Source of the DNA: Archangium sp.
GTDB lineage: Bacteria; Myxococcota; Myxococcia; Myxococcales; Myxococcaceae
NCBI GenBank assembly: GCA_035645295.1
Contig: DASQMW010000075.1
Coordinates: 270 to 64,269 of the forward strand
DNA length: 64,000 nt
Direction of reading: 5' to 3'
The notes under the pieces: model-generated
The model's input: the letters and a program-made list of their open reading frames with translations, nothing else
The model's database searches: none
Told to the model about the DNA's origin: nothing
Position numbers and translations under genes: made by a program
Part shown: one piece after another, positions 29,597-39,448 of the stretch
Layout of the letters: the number at the start of each line of letters is the position of its first letter
How positions within the stretch are numbered: position 1 is the first letter of the stretch

Positions 29597-30670
29597 ATGC
29601 CGACGAGCGAGCAAGCCAACCTGCCGCGCTGGAAGAAGCAGGCGGGATTCTTCGAGATCTGGTTCCTCTGTGTCCTCGACCCGGGCGGCGAGCGTGCGTG
29701 GTGGCTGCGCTACACGCTCTTCACCCCGGCGCCGGGCGCCCCCGGTGAGCCTCGGGCCACGCTGTGGGCGGCGGCCTTCGACGGCGCGTCGCCCACCGGG
29801 CCCGCGGTGGCGGTGAAGGCCATCCACCCCATCTCCGCCTTCGACGCCGGGACGCCGGGCCGCTTCGGCATCCGCATCGGCGACGCGGAGCTGGCGCCGG
29901 GCAAGTGCCATGGCAGTGTTGCCTCGGGCGGACACTCCATCGCGTGGGATCTGCGCTACACCCCCGAGTCCGGCGAGGCCGTCCGGCGCACGCCGCGGGG
30001 CGTCGGGATGCTGCCGCTGGTCACGCACGTCAACCACGCCCACGATGACATCACCTTCAGCGGGACCGTCACCGTGGACGGCAAGCAGTTCGAGGTGCGC
30101 GGGGCTCCGGGTCTGCAGAAGCACCTGTGGGGCCATCGGCGCATCGAGGAGCTGACCTGGCTGTACTGCCCGACCTTCCGCGAGGATCCGGAGGCCCGCC
30201 TGGAGGCGCTCACCGTGCGCCAGAGGCGCAATCGGGGCCCGCGCCTCACGCCCATCTACCTGCGCACCTCGCAGGCGAAGCACAACTTCCATGAGGTGCC
30301 CGGCCTGTTGTTCACCAAGATGGAGGCGCCTCGCCCTGGCGAGCTGCTCTTCCAGGCGACCTCGGCCACCGTGTCCGTGAAGGGGCGCGCCTGGTGCGAC
30401 CCGCGGACGCTGGTGGGTTACGCGTACAGGGACCCGAAGGGCTGGGACGTGCACGTGGCCCAGAGCGACGTAGCCAACTGCGAGCTGGAGTTCTTCTCGC
30501 GCTCGCACCCCTACGCGGCCTGGAAGCCGGACGGGAAGAAGCTCACCTCCGCTGTCGGCGCCCTGGAGTTCCACGGCCACGAGCGGATCGACGGCGTGCG
30601 CTACATCGAGTGGGACGGCACCGTGCTGCCGGAGCTGGCGGCTCCCCTCAAGGCGGCGGAGGGCAAGTGA
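29597..30670 (+). CDS. Tocopherol-cyclase-like / AttH-fold protein
   Basis: GFFEIWF, WWLRYT, IAWDL.Y, FSG.VTVDG, G.Q.HLWG...W. Confidence 0.65.
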   Translation: MPTSEQANLPRWKKQAGFFEIWFLCVLDPGGERAWWLRYTLFTPAPGAPGEPRATLWAAAFDGASPTGPAVAVKAIHPISAFDAGTPGRFGIRIGDAELAPGKCHGSVASGGHSIAWDLRYTPESGEAVRRTPRGVGMLPLVTHVNHAHDDITFSGTVTVDGKQFEVRGAPGLQKHLWGHRRIEELTWLYCPTFREDPEARLEALTVRQRRNRGPRLTPIYLRTSQAKHNFHEVPGLLFTKMEAPRPGELLFQATSATVSVKGRAWCDPRTLVGYAYRDPKGWDVHVAQSDVANCELEFFSRSHPYAAWKPDGKKLTSAVGALEFHGHERIDGVRYIEWDGTVLPELAAPLKAAEGK

Positions 30671-31575
30671 TGCTGACGCTGGCGCCGCGTGCCGTCCCGG
30701 CCTCCCTGACGGCGCTGGACCCGGGCCAGGGGCGCACCCAGCCGCTGGCGCTGTCCCCGAAGCAGGTGCACGCGCTCGGCCTCACCTACGCGGCCCACAT
30801 CAACGAGACGGGCAGCGACGCGGGAGGTCCGGCCGTCTTCGCCAAAAACGCCGCTTCGCTGCTGGAGCAGGGGGACTCGGTGGAGAGCCCCTCGCGCGAC
30901 GCGATGCTGGCGGCGGTGGCGAGGCTGGATGCGGCGCTCTCCTCGCGGGTGGCTTCGCGCTTCCCGGAGCTGCCGCCCCTGCTGGACTACGAGGTGGAGC
31001 TGGGCCTGGTGCTGCTGGAGGACGTGCGCGCGGACGCGCTGGAGCGTCCGGACTTCGCGCCTCTGGTGGGCTATTTCCTCGCCAATGACGTGACGGCGCG
31101 CACGGTGCAGGTGCTGGGCGAGGGCCGGCCGGATCGGATGACCTTCTGGGGCGCCGCCAAGAGCTTCCCGGGCTTCCTCGTGGCCGGGCCCCTCCTGTGG
31201 GTGCCGGACGCGCCCCAGGCCGGGGCGTGCCTGGACGTGACGCTCACCCTCACGGTGAATGGCGAGGTCCGCCAGCGGGGCCGGACGATGGATCTCATCG
31301 CCTCGCCGCGCGAGCTGCTGCGGCTGGCCGTGCGCGCGGTGCCCTCGGGGGTGCTGGAGAAGGGGGACGCCGTCCTCACGGGCACGCCCGCGGGAGTCGC
31401 CTTCACGGTGCCCGCGTGGAAGCGCAAGCTGGCGGCGCTGCTGCCGGGCCCCACCGCGAGGCTGTCCGCCGCGCTGCGCACCCACGCCACCAACCCGCGC
31501 ATGCTGAAGGCCGGGGACGTGGTGGAGATGGACGGCGGCGTGCTGGGCCGCCGCCGCATCACCATCACCGGCTGA
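30670..31575 (+). CDS. Fumarylacetoacetate hydrolase family protein
   Basis: GLTYAAH, DYEVELG, ANDVTAR, AKSF, GD.VLTGTP.GV; TGATG coupling. Confidence 0.9.
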   Translation: MLTLAPRAVPASLTALDPGQGRTQPLALSPKQVHALGLTYAAHINETGSDAGGPAVFAKNAASLLEQGDSVESPSRDAMLAAVARLDAALSSRVASRFPELPPLLDYEVELGLVLLEDVRADALERPDFAPLVGYFLANDVTARTVQVLGEGRPDRMTFWGAAKSFPGFLVAGPLLWVPDAPQAGACLDVTLTLTVNGEVRQRGRTMDLIASPRELLRLAVRAVPSGVLEKGDAVLTGTPAGVAFTVPAWKRKLAALLPGPTARLSAALRTHATNPRMLKAGDVVEMDGGVLGRRRITITG

Positions 31576-32628
31576 TCAGGCCTGGGCCTCCAGCGCCTGG
31601 AGGATCACCGGGTAGGTCTCTCGCGACGCGGTGCTGCCCATGAAGGTGTCCAGGTGCCCGTACCCCTCGAGCACCTTGCGCTGGTAGAGCCCGGCCCCGT
31701 TGGCCTCCCGCAGCCACTCGTACGTCAGCTCCGAGGAGGTGGGCAGGTACGTCTGGTTGTGGTCGCCCGCCACGAAGGTGATGGGCAGCTTCAGGTGTTT
31801 GGGGTCCAGGTAGTCGGGCGGCTTCGCGCTGCCGTAGCGCCGGAGGTTCTCCTCCTTGCCGTAGTCGTAGCGCACCGCGTGCCCCGCCCGGGCCATCTGC
31901 GCCAGGTGGCGGAACGTCTGCATGTTGCAGCGGCCGAACTGCTCGTGCAGCCGCTCGTGCGTCTGGGTGTTGATCTTCGCGTGCCGGTACAGGCGCCCGT
32001 ACAGGAAGGACAGCCGGTGGCACACCGTGCTGCCGCACTCCCGGTACACCAGGTCCACCATCTTGCCGAAGGCGGCCTGGAGCCTCGGGTTCTGGGTGCC
32101 CTCGTCCGGGGACATGAAGTCCACCGCCACGTCCAGCAGGTCCGGCAGCCGCATCCGGGATTTGAGCAACGTGGAGCGCGGCACGCGGTGGTGCAGCGCC
32201 ACCTGCGAGGCCACCACGCCGCGCACGTCCTTCAGGTGCCCCGCCGCCAGCGCCATGAAGAACATCACCGAGCCGGCGCAGTGCACCACCGCCTGCACGC
32301 TGTCCGCCTGCGTCACCTCGCGCACCTTGCGCACGGCGGCGGGCATGTCGTGCTCGGCGGCCTCGTCCAGGGAGAACTGGCGCAGCGGCATCTGGGTGCT
32401 GGCGCGCCAGTCCACCAGCCACGTGTCGTAGCCGTTGCGCACCAGGTACTGTACGAAGTTCTCCGAGATGGTGGGCAGCTTGAACATGCCGCTCCACACC
32501 CCGGCGCCGTGCACCAGCAACACCGGCCCCTTCGTGCCGCCCTGGTAGCGGGTGAGCCGCAGCGGGATGCCGTCTCCCGCGTTCACCTCGTGCCGCTCGG
32601 CGACCGGTAGCGTGTCCATGATCCTCAT
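31576..32628 (-). CDS. Alpha/beta hydrolase (cholesterol-oxidase-associated type)
   Basis: PVLLVHG, GYDTW.VDWR.S, VHCAGS elbow, YGHLD. Confidence 0.85.
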   Translation of the reverse strand: MRIMDTLPVAERHEVNAGDGIPLRLTRYQGGTKGPVLLVHGAGVWSGMFKLPTISENFVQYLVRNGYDTWLVDWRASTQMPLRQFSLDEAAEHDMPAAVRKVREVTQADSVQAVVHCAGSVMFFMALAAGHLKDVRGVVASQVALHHRVPRSTLLKSRMRLPDLLDVAVDFMSPDEGTQNPRLQAAFGKMVDLVYRECGSTVCHRLSFLYGRLYRHAKINTQTHERLHEQFGRCNMQTFRHLAQMARAGHAVRYDYGKEENLRRYGSAKPPDYLDPKHLKLPITFVAGDHNQTYLPTSSELTYEWLREANGAGLYQRKVLEGYGHLDTFMGSTASRETYPVILQALEAQA

Positions 32629-32678
32629 GGCCCTCTCCTCGTTCACGGGGACGGCCCCTGCGGGCCGCCCGGTTTGTC

Positions 32679-34235
32679 TCAGAAGCTGCGCGCCGCGGCC
32701 TCGGCGATGCGCTCGGACACCGCGCTGATCGTCATCACCGGATGGAAGCCGATGGAGCTGGGAATCACCGAGCCGTCCGCCACGTAGAGGCCGGGGTACT
32801 GGAACACCTCGCCCTCGGTGGACACCACGCCGCGCTCGGGGGACTCGGCCAGGTGCGCTCCGCCCAGCGAGTGCACCGTGAGGGGCTTCTTGAAGAGCTG
32901 CCAGGTGACGAGCGGCGCGTAGGTGCCGCCGTACTGCGAGGCCAGCTCCTGCATGGCCTTGCCCATCCGATCGATGAGCGCCTTGTTCTCCGCGGCGTAG
33001 TTCCACTCGATGTCCAGCTTGCCGTCCTTCAGCCCCATGCGCCCGTTGGCGTTGTCCCGGCCGATGCCGAAGAGGTTCGTCGTGCGCCCCGGGTCCGCCG
33101 AGGTGCGGGCCGGCTTGCTGAGCAGCCCCTTGCGGAAGGCCAGGTCGAGCGCCGGTCCCAGCAGGGGCCACAGCGGCGCGCCAATCCCCTGGAAGGGAGA
33201 GCCGATATTCGGCTGCCCCAGGCCCGTCAGGACCTCCATGACGGGCTTGTTGAAGGTGGGCGCCGCCATGGTGAAGGAGGGCTCGGCGTCGAAGAAGCGC
33301 ATCACCGTGGAGACGTCCGGCCCCTTCCAGGGCTCCAGGTCCTCCCGGCTGTTGAACACCGAGCCCAGGAAGTCACCGTTGCCCGAGTAGCCATGGCCCA
33401 GCCGCGCGCTCAGCCTGGGCAGGGTGCGCGTCTTGTCGCGGCTGCGCAGGAGGATCTCCACCGTGCCCAGCGTTCCGGCGGACAGCACCACGCGGGCGCC
33501 CTCCACGAAGCGCTTCTGCCCGGTGGCCAGGTCCTGGAAGTGCACCCGGTAGCCGCCGCCCGGCGCCGGCTCCACGTGGGACACCTGCATGCGCGGCCAC
33601 ACCGTGGTCCCGAGCGCCTCGGCCCGGGCCAGGTACGTCTGATCCATCGTCTGCTTGGCGCCGTACTGGCAGCCGAACTCGCACTCCGCGCACAGCTGGC
33701 ACGGCTTGCGGCCCGGTCCGGGCGACTCCGTCCACGCCACGGCCTCGGGCGGATCGAACACCTCCCGGCCCATGCGCGCGGCGGCGGCGCGCAGCACGTT
33801 GCGCTTGCGCAGGGAGATCGACTCGGGCATCGGCGTCAGCTTCAGCTCGCTGGCCACCTTGTCGTAGTAGGGCTCCAGCGCGGCGCGGGTGTAGCTCCTG
33901 GGCCAGCGCGGATCCTCGAAGACGACGGCGTCCGGCCGCACGTGGATGTTGGCATAGACGAGCGAGCCGCCGCCCACGCCGCTGGCCACCGCCGTACCGA
34001 TGCCGGAGAGGAAACGCAGATCGTACAGGCCCTGGGCCTGCTCGCGCGAGGAGTGGCGCCAGAGCAGCTCGTTCGTGCGCGTCACGTCCCGGGGGAATTG
34101 CCCGGGGGAGTAGCGCCGGCCGCGCTCGAGCACGGCCACCGACTTGCCAGCCTGCGCCAGCCTCAGGGCGGAGATGGAGCCTCCGAAGCCGGAGCCCACC
34201 ACCACCACGTCATACCGGTTCGCCATCGCAGCCAT
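32679..34235 (-). CDS. GMC oxidoreductase (cholesterol-oxidase-like)
   Basis: VVGSGFGG, GVGGGSLVYAN, CxxCxxCxxGC, TVHSLGG, GLYVADGS. Confidence 0.9.
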   Translation of the reverse strand: MAAMANRYDVVVVGSGFGGSISALRLAQAGKSVAVLERGRRYSPGQFPRDVTRTNELLWRHSSREQAQGLYDLRFLSGIGTAVASGVGGGSLVYANIHVRPDAVVFEDPRWPRSYTRAALEPYYDKVASELKLTPMPESISLRKRNVLRAAAARMGREVFDPPEAVAWTESPGPGRKPCQLCAECEFGCQYGAKQTMDQTYLARAEALGTTVWPRMQVSHVEPAPGGGYRVHFQDLATGQKRFVEGARVVLSAGTLGTVEILLRSRDKTRTLPRLSARLGHGYSGNGDFLGSVFNSREDLEPWKGPDVSTVMRFFDAEPSFTMAAPTFNKPVMEVLTGLGQPNIGSPFQGIGAPLWPLLGPALDLAFRKGLLSKPARTSADPGRTTNLFGIGRDNANGRMGLKDGKLDIEWNYAAENKALIDRMGKAMQELASQYGGTYAPLVTWQLFKKPLTVHSLGGAHLAESPERGVVSTEGEVFQYPGLYVADGSVIPSSIGFHPVMTISAVSERIAEAAARSF

Positions 34236-34244
34236 GTGTCTCTC

Positions 34245-36536
34245 CTATTTTTCCAAGCGCGGGCGCACGAAGACGTCCCACAGCGTGCCCATGAACATGG
34301 AGCCGAAACGCCAGTACGCGTCCGCCTTCGCCTGCGCTGAAGTGGTACCGAGCACCTCGAAGGTGGTGAGCTGCTCGGCGAAGTCTTTCTTGTTCAGACG
34401 GATGATGCCGCTGGACACCACCGGCCCGTGTTTGTCCTTGCCCTGGCGGATGACGGTGTAGAGCGTAGCGGTCGCCCCCCACACGTCGAAGTCGCCGCGG
34501 TCCTTCACTTCCTTGTACCCGTCGAGCAGGTAGGGCTGGCCGTCCTTGCCGATGAAGGGCAGCAGGTAGATCATCCGCCGCTCGTAGAAGCTGTCGGTGT
34601 CCACGAAGAGGTTGAAGACGCCGCTCTCCACCTTGGCGCCCTCGGGCGGCGTGAGGCCAGCGACGTGGACGACGCCCTGCGCGATGCCACCGTGGGCCGG
34701 CTCGGCGAGGAAGCGATCCAGGTTGGCCAGGGTGATGGTGACGGTGAACTCCGCGACGGTGTTGGCGAGCTGTCCCGCCTTCTCCGCGCCCACGAAGTCC
34801 TCGGCGGGCGTGTGGCCCTGCGCGTGGAAGCCCGTCATCCGCTCGGTGAAGCGCATGCCCACCACCGGGCTGGGCGAGGCCACCGTGCCTCCCACCGGAA
34901 TCGTCACCTTGCCCACCACGTCCTCGCGGGGAGTCGCGAGGGCCCGCTCCGGCGCCTTCCAGTCCGGGTTGCCGAGGAAGCCGCGGATGGCCTTCTCCAC
35001 GTTGCGCTCGGCCACGGCGGCGATGGTGGACGCGGGGTTGACGCCGGTGCTGGAGGGCAGGGCGGCGCCGTCGAGCACGTACAGCCCGGGGTAGCCGTGT
35101 ACCTCACCGTCCGGCCTGGTGACGCCGTAGGCCTCGTCCTCGGCCATGACGCAGCCGCCCAGGTTGTGCACGGACACGGGGACGTGGAGCCGCTCCCACA
35201 TCGGGTTGTAGGCCACCTGCGCGCCCAGGGCCTTCGCGATGTCCTGGCAGAGCTGCTCCTGCGTGCGGTACAGCGGCAGGTTGGAGGGCACGTCCCACTT
35301 CGCCTGCAGCTCGCGCGTGAGGGGCACCAGCTCCAGCCGCCCGTTGGCCTTGTCCCGGCCCATGGCCAGGAACACCGACTGGAAGCGTCCGCGCTCGGCG
35401 TCTATCGACGACATCTCCTTGGAGCGCTGGCGGAACACCTTCACCAGCTCCTGCTGCATCAGATCCACCGGAATCCGGGCCAGGCTCTGGGCCGGGTTGA
35501 ACACCTGCATGAGCCCCGCCACCTGTGCCGGGTGTCCCCCCTCCTGGAAGAGGAACCACCGCTTGCCTGGGCCCTGGCCCTCGTCCACCACGATGCTGGT
35601 GGTGATGGTGGGGCCCACGGCGGGATCCCACGGCTCGCGCGTGTCGAAGGCGAAGGCGAGCAGATCCCCGTTGGCCGAGTAGCGGTAGCCCAGCGTGTCA
35701 CTGAGCTCGGGCAACGTGCCCAGGTCGTCCCGGCAGCGCAGCAGCAGCTCGGTGGTGTTCACCGCGCCCGCGCACAGGAAGACGCGCCTCGCGTCCACCG
35801 TGCGCTCCACTTCGTCCGCGGCATGGTCCCGATAGGTGACGCGGTAGCCCGGCGAGAGTGGCTCGATGTTGATGGCCTCGGCCTGGGTGGTCACCTCGGC
35901 GCCGCGCTGCTCGGCGACGGCCAGGTAGTTGAGATCCAGCGTGTTCTTCGCCCGGACATTGCAGCCGAGGTCGCACTCGCCGCAGTAGTTGCAGCCCTCC
36001 TGCTCCACGCCGAACTTGTTGGGCATCGGCTCGCCGGCCGGAGTGAAGCGCACGGCCAGGTCCGGGTGGAAGAACTGTCCCTCGCGCCCGAGCTTCTGTG
36101 CCACCTCGCGCATGCGCTTCGTCTTGGTGGGCAGGCCCCGCGCGGACGCGGTGATGGGCTGCACGTCCAGCATGTACGCGACCAGGTCGTAGTACGGGTC
36201 CAACATCGTCCGGCCGTAGCCCTCGGGCCAGCCGTTGACGAAGGTCTCCGCGGGCGGGCGCAGGTGCACGTTGGCGTAGATGAGCGAGCCACCGCCGTAA
36301 CCGGCCGACTGCACGACGCTCATGCCCGACAGGAGCTTCACATCGAGCAGGCCCTGCTTGTTCCTCCACAGCCAGCCGTTGAGCGGATTGTCCCAGTCGC
36401 GCGGAAAGCCGCCCTTGGGGTAGCGCCGGCCGCGCTCCAGCACGCGCACCGACAGGCCGGCCTGCGCCAGACGGCAGGCGGCCACCGCACCCCCAAAGCC
36501 GGTGCCGATGACCAGGGCATCGTACGTCTCGGTCAT
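34245..36536 (-). CDS. GMC oxidoreductase (cholesterol-oxidase-like) with extra C-terminal beta domain
   Basis: IGTGFGG, GGGSLIYAN, CNYCGECDLGC, SVHNLGG, then FTERM.G...GYKEV...TLY domain. Confidence 0.9.
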   Translation of the reverse strand: MTETYDALVIGTGFGGAVAACRLAQAGLSVRVLERGRRYPKGGFPRDWDNPLNGWLWRNKQGLLDVKLLSGMSVVQSAGYGGGSLIYANVHLRPPAETFVNGWPEGYGRTMLDPYYDLVAYMLDVQPITASARGLPTKTKRMREVAQKLGREGQFFHPDLAVRFTPAGEPMPNKFGVEQEGCNYCGECDLGCNVRAKNTLDLNYLAVAEQRGAEVTTQAEAINIEPLSPGYRVTYRDHAADEVERTVDARRVFLCAGAVNTTELLLRCRDDLGTLPELSDTLGYRYSANGDLLAFAFDTREPWDPAVGPTITTSIVVDEGQGPGKRWFLFQEGGHPAQVAGLMQVFNPAQSLARIPVDLMQQELVKVFRQRSKEMSSIDAERGRFQSVFLAMGRDKANGRLELVPLTRELQAKWDVPSNLPLYRTQEQLCQDIAKALGAQVAYNPMWERLHVPVSVHNLGGCVMAEDEAYGVTRPDGEVHGYPGLYVLDGAALPSSTGVNPASTIAAVAERNVEKAIRGFLGNPDWKAPERALATPREDVVGKVTIPVGGTVASPSPVVGMRFTERMTGFHAQGHTPAEDFVGAEKAGQLANTVAEFTVTITLANLDRFLAEPAHGGIAQGVVHVAGLTPPEGAKVESGVFNLFVDTDSFYERRMIYLLPFIGKDGQPYLLDGYKEVKDRGDFDVWGATATLYTVIRQGKDKHGPVVSSGIIRLNKKDFAEQLTTFEVLGTTSAQAKADAYWRFGSMFMGTLWDVFVRPRLEK

Positions 36537-36781
36537 GTCTACCCCCCTGTGGAGCCGGCTCTCCCTCTGGAGAGTCTGGGTGGATGTCGGGGCTCCCGAA
36601 GCGTTGGGACTTTAACACAGCGCGGCGCATTCGTGTGCGGCGACCAAGGCCTCTCTACCCAACAGGTCCCCTATTCCTGGGGCTACTCCCGGGCAGGGCA
36701 ACGCCGCGAACCACCGCTGAGGTCAGCCAGGCGAGTAGAGTGACGCGCTGGGGAACCATTTTCCATGGCATACGACGGGCC

Positions 36782-38113
36782 ATGGACACGCCGGCCGATA
36801 TCTCCCACCTGCCGCTGCCTCCCGGCGGCTCGGGACTCCCGCTCCTGGGCGAGACGCTCGCCTTCATCCAGAACAGCGCGAAGTTCCTCGCGGATCGCCG
36901 CCGCCTCCATGGGGACGTCTTCCGCTCCCACGTGCTGGGCGATCCCATCGTCTTCCTGCTCGGCCCCGAGGCCGTCCGGTGGACCTTCGCCGGCGAGAAC
37001 AAGTACCTGCGCAACCGCTGGCACTCGAGCGCCCGGAAGCTGCTGGGCAAGCAGTCCGTCGCCATGCTCAACGGCAGCGCCCACCTGGAGCGCCGGCGCC
37101 TGCTCGCTCCGCACTTCACCTACGCCGCCATGCGCCACTTCGTGCCGCGCATCGAGGCCCTCGTGCACCGGCACTGCGAGCAGTGGCTCTCGGGCACGCA
37201 GCCCTTCAAGGCCGTCGACGCCGTGCGCGCCCTCGTGTTCGAGGTGGCCATCGTCCTCATGATGGGCGAGAGCCGGGTGGACCCGGCCTACATGAGCCGC
37301 CTCTTCAAGCAATGGGTGGCGGGCCTCTTCGCCGCCGTGCCGTTGGAGATCCCCTTCACGGCCTTCAGCCGGGGCGTCGCCGCCGAGAAGGAGATGCGCG
37401 CGTACCTCGGCTCGCTGGTGGCCGAGCGCGAGACGTTGGCCACGCAGCCCCCCGACACCCTCGGCTCACTGCTTTCGGCGCGGGACGAGCACGGCCGGCC
37501 GCTGCCTCGCGAGACCATCCTCGACGAGCTCGAGCTCCTGCTCTTCGCCGGCCATGACACCACGGTGACGGCTACCTCCAACCTGATGATGCTCCTGGCG
37601 CAGTACCCGGAGGTGCTGGAGCAGTGCCGGAAGGAGCAGCGGGAGGTGGCGGGGCAGGGCCCCCTGTCGCTGGAGGCACTCCGGGCCATGCCCTACCTGC
37701 ACCAGGTCATTCAGGAAGTGATGCGCCTCATTCCGCCCATTGGAGGTGCCTTCCGGGTGACGACGCAGGACGTGGCCTACGGCGGCTACCGCATCCCCCA
37801 GGGGTGGCAGGTGTCGCTGAGCATCCGCGGCGCGCACAAGGGCGCCTCCTGGACGTCCCCCGAGCGGTTCGATCCGGATCGCATGGGCCCCGAGCGCTGC
37901 GAGCAGAATTCGCAGGGCGTCTACATCCCCTTCGGCGGTGGACCGCGGGTGTGTGTCGGGCAGCACTTCGCCATGGTGGAGATGGCCGTGGTCGCCGCCC
38001 TGCTGCTGCGCGGCTATCAGTGGGAGCTCGTCCCCGGACAGGACCTGAGCCTGATGACCTTCCCGATTCCCCTCCCACGCGATGGCCTCCTCGTGCGCTT
38101 CTCGCGGCGGTGA
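36782..38113 (+). CDS. Cytochrome P450 (CYP120-like)
   Basis: PPG..GLPLLGET, FAGHDTT, EVMR, PERFDP, FGGGPRVCVG. Confidence 0.95.
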   Translation: MDTPADISHLPLPPGGSGLPLLGETLAFIQNSAKFLADRRRLHGDVFRSHVLGDPIVFLLGPEAVRWTFAGENKYLRNRWHSSARKLLGKQSVAMLNGSAHLERRRLLAPHFTYAAMRHFVPRIEALVHRHCEQWLSGTQPFKAVDAVRALVFEVAIVLMMGESRVDPAYMSRLFKQWVAGLFAAVPLEIPFTAFSRGVAAEKEMRAYLGSLVAERETLATQPPDTLGSLLSARDEHGRPLPRETILDELELLLFAGHDTTVTATSNLMMLLAQYPEVLEQCRKEQREVAGQGPLSLEALRAMPYLHQVIQEVMRLIPPIGGAFRVTTQDVAYGGYRIPQGWQVSLSIRGAHKGASWTSPERFDPDRMGPERCEQNSQGVYIPFGGGPRVCVGQHFAMVEMAVVAALLLRGYQWELVPGQDLSLMTFPIPLPRDGLLVRFSRR

Positions 38114-38141
38114 GCTCCGGGCAGGGGTCCGCGAAAATTAC

Positions 38142-38174
38142 CCCTCTCCCTTCGGGAGAGGGACGGGGTGAGGG
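38142..38174. repeat. BoxC/REP-like palindromic element between convergent genes
   Basis: CCCTCTCCC-TTC-GGGAGAGGG followed by ACGGGGTGAGGG. Confidence 0.7.
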
Positions 38175-38263
38175 TGCCAGAGCCCCGGGTTGAACCCCGT
38201 GTCGACACTGAAGGCCACGGGTTGGAAGAATGGACCCGGAGAGGGAGCCTCGGGCCCCTTCGG

Positions 38264-39445
38264 TCACCGGAAGTAGCTCTGGGAGATGTCCACCGAGTAG
38301 CCCAGTTCCAGCGTGGGCGCGGAGGCCGCCACGAGGTACTGGCGGAAGTGGATCACCTTGCCGGGCAGCGGTGTCTGCGTCTCCAGCCCACCGTCCGCGC
38401 CCGTCTCCTCGTACTGCTCCATGCTGCCGCCCTCGCGCCGGTAGTTGAAGACGGCCGGGAAGTGCGCCCGCGCCCGCACCGTGGCCACGGGCCAGGACAC
38501 CCGGGGCAGTGCGAGCTTCAACCGGCCCGACAGGTGGAAGACGCCCAGGTCCCTGGCCAGCACCACCTCCAGTGAGGCCTCCGTCTCCCCGAACCGCGCC
38601 GGGGCCACCTTCAGCTTCAGCCGGCCGTCCTTCTCCGCGGGCACCAGGGGCACGGAGTCGAGCAGCACCCGCTCGAGCCGGTGGCCCTCGGGAAGCTCCA
38701 GCTCGAGCTCCTGCTCGCGATCCAGCCGCAGTGCGTAGCGCACGCGCACCGAGGCCTTCCCCTCCAGCGTGGACACCCAGGAGGCGTGGGCCTCGGGGAT
38801 GCTCGGCTCCAGCGGCGGACGCACCACGTGACGGGCCACCCTGGGCGCGACGGCCGTGCGCCAGCCGATCCGCAGCACGCCCTGCCGGGGGTACACATCG
38901 GCATCCTCGCTCCCGGAAGCGAGCGGCTCGGTCACCGTGAAGGCCGAGGCATCCGCCTCCAGCCGGAGCGGCACCGGCGTGACCTGGGGCCCGAAGCGCA
39001 GCTGCACCTGGCGATCCGCGCCGCTGCCCGGGGGCCGGAGCGCGAGACTGACGTCGAAGCTGTAACGGCCGGGCTCGCGCGTCACCAGGCTGAGATGGTC
39101 CTCCAGCGCACCCACCGTGGCGGCCTCCAGCGAGGGGAGCGACGTGAGGTACGTGTCCGCGTCGAGCCGCAGCAGCCGCACCTGCGTCCAGCGCCCGCTG
39201 GCGAGCACCTCCACCTCGAAGTGCGCGTCCACCAGCAGCGCGTCCGCGGTGAGGCGTCCCTTGAGCTGGCTCTTCACCACCAGGGCGTCCGTGGGGGGCG
39301 CGAGCGGTGCCTGCTCCGGGCGCTTCGCGTACAGCGGGAGCAGCTCCTCGAGGGGAATGGTCGCGGAGCCCGAGACCGGAGGTGCGAAAGGGGAGCTCGC
39401 CGAAGCGGTCAGCAGCAATCCGAGTACGAGAGAAGAGGTCCACAT
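38264..39445 (-). CDS. Secreted hypothetical protein
   Basis: Signal peptide, GAGG RBS, 3 bp after the CreD-like gene. Confidence 0.75.
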   Translation of the reverse strand: MWTSSLVLGLLLTASASSPFAPPVSGSATIPLEELLPLYAKRPEQAPLAPPTDALVVKSQLKGRLTADALLVDAHFEVEVLASGRWTQVRLLRLDADTYLTSLPSLEAATVGALEDHLSLVTREPGRYSFDVSLALRPPGSGADRQVQLRFGPQVTPVPLRLEADASAFTVTEPLASGSEDADVYPRQGVLRIGWRTAVAPRVARHVVRPPLEPSIPEAHASWVSTLEGKASVRVRYALRLDREQELELELPEGHRLERVLLDSVPLVPAEKDGRLKLKVAPARFGETEASLEVVLARDLGVFHLSGRLKLALPRVSWPVATVRARAHFPAVFNYRREGGSMEQYEETGADGGLETQTPLPGKVIHFRQYLVAASAPTLELGYSVDISQSYFR

Positions 39446-39448
39446 GGT

